A stretch of 63,961 bases of DNA, counting the filler, from Lenisia limosa (Eukaryota; Protista; Breviatea), in NCBI GenBank assembly GCA_001655205.1. It is 19 parts of 19 records of this genome, joined end to end, with 100 filler letters (N's around TTAATTAATTAA, not from the genome) between each part and the next. Parts side by side here need not be neighbours in the genome. Positions count along the whole stretch, not along the records: positions 50,710 to 52,166 come from LPNZ01005279.1; positions 52,267 to 54,847 come from LPNZ01003363.1; positions 54,948 to 56,936 come from LPNZ01001464.1; positions 57,037 to 58,885 come from LPNZ01002322.1; positions 58,986 to 60,345 come from LPNZ01010295.1; positions 60,446 to 62,838 come from LPNZ01004598.1; 13 more parts are not named here. One strand, given 5' to 3'. Positions within the stretch are counted from its first letter, which is position 1, and every line of letters starts with the position of its first letter. Shown here one piece after another: positions 50,710-60,749 of the stretch. A program made the translations under genes and the position numbers. The notes under the pieces were generated by a model. That model searched no databases. It saw nothing but the letters and a program-made list of their open reading frames with translations, and was not told where the DNA came from.

Positions 50710-52140
50710 TCTGCGGCAGTGAGTACGAAGCGAGTAGCGTATGATGGCATAATGGAGGCGGCGTGGCTTTCGTTGTACGATGGAAGGTACTTGGCCGTTT
50801 GGTCTGAGGAGCTGCTTAGGGCAAAGAACTGAGCTCCCTACTGGGCATAAGCTAAACATGGAGTACTGGGCATAAGCTAAACATGGAGTACTGGGCATAA
50901 GCTGAACATGGGGAAATACAGTACCTCTTCTCCTTCTTCTGGAAACTTGACAAGAATTCCACCGATGATTTTGAGTGTTTCGAGTTCCTCTGCCTGTGCT
51001 CAGATGAACAATATCAAAAACCAGCGCTGTCACCACTATCACACTATTAATACAACTCCACTCTCCCCCACAGTAGTGACCGTTGACTTGCTAACTTGAC
51101 ATCCAGCTGAATCAGATTTCGTGTACTGAGGTGTTAGGGGCTGATATTGGCATCATTGAAAGAGATTCAAAGCTGAAATGCTATGGAAACCAAAGAGTAC
51201 AGATAGCAGTAAAGACTCTATTGAAACTAGGATCATAGAGATCCAGTGGTTGACTACACAAAGAAACATCCACAGATGGTACATATGATTTACATTGTCA
51301 AAACAAAAAGGCAGTCTACTTACTGCTACACACATAATATGCCTTCTCCCCACATTTCATAATATCCCCCAATATTGAGATGGGTTGCATCCCCAACCTA
51401 GCTATATTGAGATGGGTTGCATCCCCAACCTAGCTATATTGAGATGGGTTGTATTGGCTGAAGCCGTTCACACCATTACACTTATACAAGATATTTGATT
51501 AATCCACCAAATCTTTTGCCTTGTAACTCTGTGCACACAGCTTTTGCGTGCCTCCCCAGCATACCCACATAGCAAGCCCCACCCCACATAGCAAGCCGGC
51601 TCAGTTGTCCATTTTTGATGTCCGCCAGCCACCAGAAGCGCGGCACGTGGTGACATAAAGAAACCTGCCATCTTCACACTCATGGTCTGGCTGGTGAGGT
51701 TCGCTGTGTTGTACATATTATACATGTATGTTGTGGCAGGTTGTGGGAAAACAATATCGAACGGATTAAACAATACGTAGCATCCTAACGTAGTAACTTA
51801 GGGGTATAAATTTGCTCATCTTTATCTTTTGCTCCAGAAAAAATAGAAGTATCCTTGAAAAATAAGTATCAAGCATTGATAATTACACCCAACTATGAAT
51901 ATAGCTGCTGACGCACCTCAATTGCCGAGTATTCCATTGAAGGTTCCACAAAGAGCTTGTGCAGATTGCCTTTTGTCGTGTAACTCTCATTGAGAAGTTC
52001 TGCAATTGTTAATATGCGTGATACCAGTAAAGAACGGGGCCCCCATTACTCCAAAGAACGGGCCCCCCATTACTCCAAAGATGAGGCATCACTTCTTCAA
52101 GGGCAACAACAAACCCACTAAGAACCTTCAGTCCTTCAAC
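50710..52140 (-). CDS. Uncharacterised multi-exon gene fragment
   Basis: Exons VEGLKVLSGFVVALEEVMPHLW / NLTSQTMSVKMAGFFMSPRAALLVAGGHQKWTTEPACY / AEELETLKIIGGILVKFPEEGEE / FFALSSSSDQTAKYLPSYNESHAASIMPSYATRFVLTAA. Confidence 0.55.
50860..50912. repeat. 25-bp tandem repeat x3 in an intron
   Basis: ctgggcataagctaaacatggagta units; on the minus strand each ends in ttatgcccag. Confidence 0.85.
51374..51450. repeat. 32-bp tandem repeat x2.5
   Basis: atattgagatgggttgcatccccaacctagct, adjacent to a family F end. Confidence 0.85.
51451..51564 (-). mobile_element. Repeat family F with short GTAT(G)CTGG..CCAGATAC termini
   Basis: gtatgctggggaggcacgc..aagctgtg..ggcaaa..tgg(g)tg(a)at..ataag(c)gt..ggacggcttc(a/g)gcca(g)atac. 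Copies at 48960-49040, 60240-60345 and 61640-61748; ends at 22955 and 60589. Confidence 0.75.
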
Positions 52141-52339
52141 CTAGAATAGTAACACAACTTGTCATCNNNNNNNNNNNNNNNNNNNNNNNNNNNNNNNNNN
52201 NNNNNNNNNNTTAATTAATTAANNNNNNNNNNNNNNNNNNNNNNNNNNNNNNNNNNNNNNNNNNNNTATTTACCCCTTGCCTCCTCTCATGAAGTTACCC
52301 CCCTCCCAGCCAACCCTGACATCCAGTAGGGCTTTCAAA

Positions 52340-54833
52340 ACACCGTGTTTACCCATGCTCAGAATGGCGTTGACGTCAGTGATACACTCGCGAATTAGGG
52401 GCCTTGAACTGTGAATTGCAAGGACTATAATTTAAACTAATGGTTTATATTGTCATATGCATACTATACCATAAGTGCACGTATTAATACAGCAATGAGG
52501 AATATTATAAATAAGATTGAATCTTGCCCACATCACCACGCTTATAAGTGATATTAGATTATATGAGAATTCACACAATCTGCGTGCCTACGATATACTG
52601 ATATACATAATACATATACGAGATGACTCTGATGTTCTTGCGAATTAGGGGCTTTATTGTACCTTTAGAATGCATGATGAAGCGATATGTGTGTGCGGGG
52701 TAGCCTATGAATAGTAATAATAAGTGTGTGGAATACTAAGATATAAATACGATTAAACAAGCGAACAAGTCACATAAACTTGTTGGTGTTGTTCTTCTGG
52801 CCTACGTTAATCTCCCCCCCCCCCTCTCCAACCAGGATCTCAGGAGGGGATACGTAAACGCGCGTTTAATGAAAGAGCTGATGCCTTCGACCAAACTTGA
52901 GGGGGGCTAAAATGTCAAACAAGAAGTCTTTTTCGGACCGCCAGGAAGCCCTAAGTGAAATTTAAGAAGAAGGCAGACCCACACACAAATATACATATAA
53001 AACAAACGCAGGCAGTTTTTTTAAATCGTCAGCCATCCTCCTTTCAAAAAAAAAACTTTTGGGGAACAAAATACTGTAGATTCATCTTGGATTAAGTAGG
53101 GTACACTACTATGGAAACACCCAATACGCTCATTTCTATAGAAATTAATATTATTAGAGACTTGAGAAAAACCCTATGCTACTTAGGAAACCACTACATT
53201 CTAGTATAAGATACTACTATAGAAATGCAATCCGGTCAGGTCTCTTACATTCAGCCAAAATAAAGCGAGTAGAGAATACGAAATGCAACAAAATGGATGT
53301 TGATGAATATGACAGATGACATCATGGTTAGTTGAAAATCCAAGAACTCTTATCCATCCAAGATAAAGTGAGCGTCACTACTAAAGAAATCCAAGGACGC
53401 TAACATTGAGCCAAGACAGCGTCGGAGACAGCATAGTAATGTTCCAGAAGGACTCCACAGTGTGTTCACTCTCGGTCACGCGCATGTCATACGCGTACGC
53501 AAGGAGAATGTCAATGAGGGGGAACATAACTTGGCGGACATCTGTTACCAAAGCTGGGGGGGGGGGTTATACGTTATACANNNNNNNNNNNNNNNNNNNN
53601 NNNNNNNNNNNNNNNNNNNNNNNNNNNNNNNNNNNNNNNNNNNNNNNNNNNNNNNNNNNNNNNNNNNNNNNNNNNNNNNNNNNNNNNNNNNNNNNNNNNN
53701 NNNNNNNNNNNNNNNNNNNNNNNNNNNNNNNNNNNCTATACAGACTAGGGATCTCAAAACATTTTCATATTTTTCCACAACCCATTGATTGTGTGTGCGA
53801 GGAAGGTTAACAAGGGATTTCATACATATCATATATAAACGACGGATTTCCATACATTTGTATTCATACATCATAGTATATAAACAAAAGATTTGCATGT
53901 ATTGACAGCACTCACGATGGGTACGGGGGAGGTTCACAAGAATTTCCATTTCTCTCTCATTCCACTCCAACTTCTTCTTGTCCGATTCTACGGTATTAGG
54001 GTAATATACAATTAGGCCTTCATTCCTTTCAAAAAATGACTGAATTTCGATGAATCTTCGATATATTTCGATAGTCTTACCGATCTTATTCGTCCATGAT
54101 ATCCCCCTTCCCCTACCATTATTATCAAGGCCTTTAGTCCGCTTTGTTTCAGCTGGTTGCGGCGGCTTGAGGAACGCGGCTTCTAACTCCGCTGCAGCTT
54201 CCTTNNNNNNNNNNNNNNNNNNNNNNNNNNNNNNNNNNNNNNNNNNNNNNNNNNNNNNNNNNNNNNNNNNNNNNNNNNNNNNNNNNNNNNNNNNNNNNNN
54301 NNNNNNNNNNNCCGAATAATCTGAAACTCCAAACAAAAAACAAGCAATAACAAACAAGAACAACCAACGCTGACAAAAGCCAGATGACATAAACAAAAAA
54401 AAAACCAAATCAACTCTGTTGGCTGACAACACATGAGGTACAACAAAACAAACAAAGGCCAGGCCAGTCGCTTCTGCATCACCGCATCCTATCACTCCAG
54501 CTTACAGGGGTGGAGGATGTAGGGAGTTCTATAATATCCCCTCCCACAAGAACTTCCTTTGGCTGGGCATTCTCCTCGGGAATAAGAGGCTCGACAACCT
54601 GTTACTTAGTAAAAGATTGTGGGAGGCTAGTGACTCTAGGTATCGATATTTCTCGAGGATATTTCAAAAATTCATTTTGGGACCTTTCTCATCATCCAAA
54701 ATGCTTCGCCCTTCCTCAAACCTCCACCAGAGGCTTTTCCTTCCTGTCAAGTAGCTCGGTTTTGGTCTCCTCGAACGATGTCAGGTCAAGTTCTTGCCTC
54801 TTTTGGATCTCCTGGATTTCCGGCTCAACCGTC
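52340..54833 (-). CDS. SHQ1: SHQ1, H/ACA RNP assembly chaperone (partial at both ends)
   Basis: Exon 53405-53553 [38 protein letters not shown] resembles SHQ1 [34 protein letters not shown]. Also KPLVE and [15 protein letters not shown]. Confidence 0.9.
54312..54505 (-). mobile_element. Family A repeat, head plus body, in a SHQ1 intron
   Basis: gtaagctggagtgataggatgcggtgatgcagaagcgactgg..gtcagccaacagagttgatttgg..gtcatctggctt..gtttcagattattcgg. This copy links the head to the A2 body. Confidence 0.8.
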
Positions 54834-55699
54834 TGAAGAGTCAGCGGNNNNNNNNNNNNNNNNNNNNNNNNNNNNNNNNNNNNNNNNNNNNTTAATTAAT
54901 TAANNNNNNNNNNNNNNNNNNNNNNNNNNNNNNNNNNNNNNNNNNNNAGAGGGGGGGGGGTGAAGAAGCATGGTGAAGGGGGTTCCGTGCAATTAATTTT
55001 TTGAGGCAATTGACAAAATGAGAAATTAAAGTGTCAAGAATAGGGTTCTCGTTACACTATGTCCCACGAAATTAATTTATCAATTAATTGCACGCAGCCC
55101 TATAAAATATGATAGAATGGAGACCCCTTCCATCCTGAGCATACGAGACAGGCGAAAACACAGGGGGGGAGGGGACGGTGGCGGAGGCGGGAGACTTGGC
55201 TTCGGCTAACAAAGCCATGTAGCTGGAGTTGGGGGATGTTGGTCGTTTGGCTCTGAAGGGTCACGTGTAACGTTTACTCTGGCCGAAGCCGCCCATGCTT
55301 ATCAGAGATTTTGGAATATGGTATTATAAAGATTCACCCAATCATTTGCATAGTTAGTGGTAACAAGAGTGCTGGTATTTCAGGTCATTGTACCGGAGAA
55401 GTGATGTTACTATTTCAAAGGAAAAGATCACAGGGCTCCCACTTATATTTCGGGACTGTTTTGGACAATTACTAATTAACTTTAGGGGATAAAATCCTTT
55501 GTGAAAAAGGAGGATACAGATTTAATTTTTGAGGAGTTTTCGCAATATCCGGGGGGCGGTTTCAGTATTATTCTTAGGAGTGGGTGAAAGATTCACTGAC
55601 CAAACCAGTTTGCCAACACCAGATACTACTTCTCCAGGCGCCATCATTCCTCCAGGCGCCATCATGCCTCCAGGCTCAATCATGCCTTCACAATCACCC

Positions 55700-56935
55700 A
55701 CCACCACCATCACCACTCCGGTGTGGGACCAGTGGATCCATTCGCCTTGACCACCCACTTTTCATAACCAGTCGAACCGCCCTTGCTCCGCGAAAACATG
55801 GGGATAGCAGAGACCTGAGCGTTGTAGCGCGGCGGCGTGGCTTGTTTCGTTTCCGGCCGCGTGGTGGTGTTGTGCACGGTGAAATCAAAATCGTCGAGGC
55901 CATCATTGATACGGCACGGGGCTGTTGCTCGGATGGGCTGGGGAGGGGTGAATTGTGATGGAACAATTTTGGAAAAAAAAAATCAACCTGTTGGGTTAAC
56001 AATTGACAAAACAAAGAGCCTAGGTGAAAAAAAAAAGTTAACTTATGAACAAGCCAATAACAATGTACAACAGAATCTGTCCAGAATATTGTAATTGATT
56101 TTTTATTTGGGCCTGTGTTTTTCGTGTATGCTTAGATTATCTTTTATTGCTCAATACCGAAATTCAGCATACCGTTACTGGATGTTCTCCGGGCCACTGT
56201 GCTTCAAGTTCCTCGCTACTTTGGTAAGTACCTCACATAATCGTCACGTGTTCATAGTTTACACTTTCATCATATATACATGTATAGATAGATATATATA
56301 GCAGTGAGAATCAAAGTTCACACTTTTTGTCCCACTTATGCACTTATGAATCCTTTTCCTTTCTCTATTGTCCGTAAGATTATTGTATTACATGCGAATA
56401 AAACAATATCCCTAGCTCACATAAGAACAGGAAAATTAAAAATGAAAAAATGTTCAAAAAAAGGGTATCAATTTGTTGCATACTCATCGGGTGGGAGAGG
56501 TGGAGGAGGGCTGTCTTCTCTCACAAGCGGTCTTGATACAGGCCTACAAAATTACTGCTGAGTTGGGAGCAAGATTTAGTGCTGCTAGGAGGTTATATCA
56601 AATGGTTAATTGAGGAATTTTTAACAGATTTACCCCAAGAATATATTGTTGATTCGGAATATCTCAAGGGTTGATAGAAAGTTGTTAGGAAAGCTGCACT
56701 TCGATTAATAATTGAGAAGGTAATTACAACATTTGGAGTGACATATTGTAACAAGCAGACCTTTAAATTTCAAACTCTGTACAAAATTCCTCATAAATTT
56801 AACTACTCGGAAGCCCAGTAGCAGCCAACCTGGCAGTTTTGGCCTTAGCCCGTAGGCCCGAATCAGTACGGGATGTTACACTGCTCAGGTCGAATCCCTT
56901 CGTCTTCGTCCGCGATGCGGGACGGCTTGTTGAAG
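55700..56935 (-). CDS. Uncharacterised gene fragment (3' exons)
   Basis: FNKPSRIADEDEGIRPE, and a terminal exon PIRATAPCRINDGLDDFDFTVHNTTTRPETKQATPPRYNAQ..GPTPEW* after the acceptor cctcccag. Confidence 0.4.
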
Positions 56936-57158
56936 GNNNNNNNNNNNNNNNNNNNNNNNNNNNNNNNNNNNNNNNNNNNNTTAATTAATTAANNNNNNNN
57001 NNNNNNNNNNNNNNNNNNNNNNNNNNNNNNNNNNNNATATTACACACAGAAAAAATGGCCCAAGTTGAGCAGCCGTAACTTTTCAACCCTTACTGGAATT
57101 ATTTGAGCAAAAGTGAAAAATAGTATTATTTGAGTAGAAGAGAAAAATCCACACATAC

Positions 57159-57729
57159 ATAATCGTCAGCTCTGTTGACGTCAGCACCCTTCTCAATGAG
57201 GTACTTCACGACATTCATGTGGCCATTCGAAGAAGCGTAGCTGAGGGGAGTTTTTGGAATCTGTTTTGTCAAACAAAAGGAGACCTTCCCTACTGGTCCA
57301 AAAGACCGACAAAATATCGATATTTATCGAGGATTTATCGCGCGCATTTATCGAAAATATATCGAGGATTTATCAAGAATTCAGCCAATTTTGGAACCTC
57401 AAGTGAACTCTCAAAAGTAAAGACGCAGTTGCATGAAATGAAGAGTTCCAATGTCACTTTCAAATTAGAACAGTATTAGTCTCGCACTTTATTACCTACC
57501 TCCTTCCCCTTTCACCTTTCTATAATTGTTTTGATTAGAACATAAGTCAACATTTGAGTGTTTTTCATTTATTTTATCTTATCATCCCCCCACAACATCC
57601 TCATCCCACCCCCTCTCATACCGGAATTGATCTACACGTCTGGTTGATGATGTCAATATTATTATCCTCAACGAGGCGCTGTACGTCTTTGAGATTGCCA
57701 CTCTGACAGGCCGAAGCAATTTCATTCAT
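57159..57729 (-). CDS. Ankyrin-repeat protein N-terminus (truncated)
   Basis: MNEIASACQSGNLKDVQRLVEDNNIDIINQ.. and exon 57159-57260 IPKTPLSYASSNGHMNVVKYLIEKGADVNRADDY. Confidence 0.88.
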
Positions 57730-59097
57730 TTAGAATGTGCTAGGGGAATAAGTTCAAATTAAGTTCTTAAAATAAATAGAAGGTTATATCTAGGGCTTCA
57801 CTTCGGTTCGAGAAATACCCCTTTTTCGAAACGAAGTGAAGTTAAAAATATAGCTCACCAAAGCTGCTACCCCCCTCCCCCCACGAGGCCACATAGCATT
57901 TTGGTAATTTAGCTTAAACGCTGTAATAACGTCACTTACTACAATATTTAAGCTTGGTATTAAGCGATAAAACTAAGAGAAAAAAACTAAATCCACCTAG
58001 AGCTCCAGCATCGAGCATGAAACTAACAAAATCAATATTTTACAGGTGTTTCGGAACCGGAAGTGAAGCTCTAGTAGTAATAGTATTAAAAACGAGCATG
58101 ACAACAACAGCACCCAAGAATTGCACCAATCCTACAAAGAGGGACGGGGAGTAAGGGGAAACAGGGACGGGGTTATATAAACAATACTAACTAAATAACT
58201 AGCCCAATAGGAAAGGATGTTGTTGCAAGGGAGGGGGAGGGGGGGCTAGGGTTATAATTCCCCGGTCCAACCGTGGGTCCAGAGGGGGCCCAGCGGAAAG
58301 GGTTATAAATAAACAAGCATGAAATGATGAAACAAGTTTATTTATGGGGAGGGGGGGTTGAAATATAGGGGGTATTTGAACCGGGTCCTTCAGGCTGGAC
58401 TTGGGAGAAAATATTAATATTGAAGGACAGGTGTGTTTTTGGGTATTTTTTTATTTTGCTTTGGAGCTTGCAAGGAGCTTGGAGCTCATTTGTTGGTCGC
58501 TCATTGCGGATTCCGCGATACACCTTCAAACACTTATATTGTTCATCAGAGTCGCACATAATGTTCATCAGAGTCGCACATATATTGTTCATCAGAGTAC
58601 GCAAGAGCTGACGATGACCCTCAACACCCATATCGATATCAAGCACTTTTATATTGAAGTACAAGTGCTCATATTCGGCCAGTAGAAGCCCCACTTGTTT
58701 GAAGAAGTCCAAAAATCAACTACGAAAAAATCCATAAATAGAAGAAACAAACAAAACAAGGCCCTTAGACCCTTCCAGACCTCTGTCAAAAATGGACACT
58801 TCAGGGGGCTAGGAGTCGGCAAAATAGGGCATAACGTCTGAGGGTAGGGGAGAGTCAAGGCTGGGTATAGACGGTGCGGGTGATGNNNNNNNNNNNNNNN
58901 NNNNNNNNNNNNNNNNNNNNNNNNNNNNNTTAATTAATTAANNNNNNNNNNNNNNNNNNNNNNNNNNNNNNNNNNNNNNNNNNNNTTGGCATATATGTTG
59001 ATAGTATATTGAGTTATTGGCATATATGTTGATAGTATATTGAGTGGGTTATTATAGTGTGTATGGTAAGATGAGGTTTTTCATGACATATGTGTGA

Positions 59098-59194
59098 GAG
59101 GGCTTTACTTCGGTTCAAAAAAGACTGAATTTCTGGATAAATCCTCGAAAATTATCGATATTTTACCAGTCGTTTTCACTGAAGTGAAACCCTA
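59098..59194. mobile_element. Family B MITE
   Basis: gggctttacttcggttc..actgaagtgaaacccta; flanks are inverted (tatgtgt..acacata). Confidence 0.8.
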
Positions 59195-59924
59195 CACATA
59201 GTGGTTACTGTCCGTGGTGACTTTTATTGTTTTTTTTTTGTTTTTTTTTTTTTGAANNNNNNNNNNNNNNNNNNNNNNNNNNNNNNNNNNNNNNNNNNNN
59301 NNNNNNNNNNNNNNNNNNNNTATTATACATAAGAAATCTAGGGAAACAATATATTTTGATGATACAATGAGCGTGACTGAGTAAAGTCCTTATTAGGGCT
59401 ATTATATTATCAATTCTTATTCTTTAGGCATCTTGGTTTATTAAAAAAATCAATTGTCCTGCACCAAATTCTCCACGTGGGTGGAGGGCCGGCCAGATAC
59501 AACCTTGTTTTTTATTTCTCATTGCTATATCTAACGTCACCGTTTCAAGGATTTTTAAAATGATATAGTACTATTTGATATCATTAAGTAAGTATCCCAT
59601 GGGGTTATCTTTTGATCTGGTTGTCTTTGTGTCCTTAATACCCCATCCCGTGTCCTTAATACCCATCCCTGACTATCGCTTTNNNNNNNNNNNNNNNNNN
59701 NNNNNNNNNNNNNNNNNNNNNNNNNNNNNNNNNNNNNNNNNNNNNNNNNNNNNNNNNNNNNNNNNNNNNNNNTTGTTCAATAAAATAAAATTTTAGATTG
59801 ATACATTATCCCACCTGCCTGGCTATTTTTCTCAAACCCGGATATCCTATACCTAGATTTATGTTTCATTCACAGCTGGTTATCTGATTATTGCCAATTA
59901 TCCAATAATGGTTTATCGAACAGA

Positions 59925-60009
59925 CCCCCCGATACCGTACTGGCCGTTCACCCCGGAACTAATGAACATGTGCGAACTGGACGTTCTTGAAGGGATCGAC
60001 TTTTCTCTG
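59925..60009 (+). CDS. Exon of a possible cyclin-fold protein
   Basis: PPIPYWPFTPELMNMCELDVLEGIDFSL|gtaagt resembles the end of a cyclin box (E..lL..ldf.L). Confidence 0.35.
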
Positions 60010-60446
60010 GTAAGTGCACGTACTCTTTTTTCGGAAATGGTTATTTATTGCAAAATGTACAATTTTTGAAGAAACTTTTCTCTGGTTAGTGAAGTGATGC
60101 ACTTTCTATTCCAAAATAATGCTAACTTCGTAAGAACCTCATTCCAATTTCAAAATATATCAATAAATCGCTAAGTCCCACCAATAGTGTTAATTGCTAT
60201 AATCATTTATCTTGAACTTGTATTCTCTATGACAGCAATGTATGCTGGGGAGGCACGCATAAAGCTGTGAGTTGTTCGGCAAATGATTGGGTGAATTAAT
60301 ATTAGTATACTGTAATTTAATATCTAATAAGCGTGATGGTGTGGANNNNNNNNNNNNNNNNNNNNNNNNNNNNNNNNNNNNNNNNNNNNTTAATTAATTA
60401 ANNNNNNNNNNNNNNNNNNNNNNNNNNNNNNNNNNNNNNNNNNNNT

Positions 60447-60544
60447 CGGGCTTTACTTTGGTTCAAAAAAGACCGGTAAAATATCGAAAGTTTTCGACGA
60501 TTTTCAAAAAATTTCGTCTTTTTTCGAATCAAAGTGAAGCCCTA
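60447..60544. mobile_element. Family B MITE
   Basis: gggctttactttggttc..gaatcaaagtgaagcccta. Further partial or degenerate copies near 1905, 23070, 23761, 25501, 42357, 43066, 46750, 49133, 52930, 54014, 57285 and 57791. Confidence 0.8.
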
Positions 60545-60749
60545 GTTGTAAGGAAAATAATTGGGTGGATTAATATTATACTAGAAGAGTGTACGGCTTC
60601 GGCCAGATACTTCCTTGTTTTATTTCTCATTACTATATTATACATCTATATGTGTGTTATATTTGCATGGGGGGTACCAATAAAGCAACACTGTTAGTTG
60701 GATAAATTACATACCGAACGGGGACGTCCTCGGTTTTTTCCTGTTGCTG

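Noticed and set aside
52390-52655. Duplicated SHQ1 exon start (cgaattaggggc twice)
   Set aside because: The match is only about 12-14 bp and the second site lacks a clear acceptor, so it is insufficient evidence for mutually exclusive exons.
53545-54495. 316-aa ORF and other long ORFs spanning N runs
   Set aside because: Their length comes from untranslated Ns and read-through of introns and repeats; the real coding parts are SHQ1 exons.
54312-54505. Family A as an intronic C/D snoRNA or a tRNA/5S-derived SINE
   Set aside because: Only a weak C-box-like GTGAT(G/A)G, with no terminal CTGA box, no recognisable A/B boxes or 5S similarity, and high copy divergence.
56880-56935. Thiolase (DEGIRP motif)
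   Set aside because: A single short motif; downstream exons lack thiolase features.
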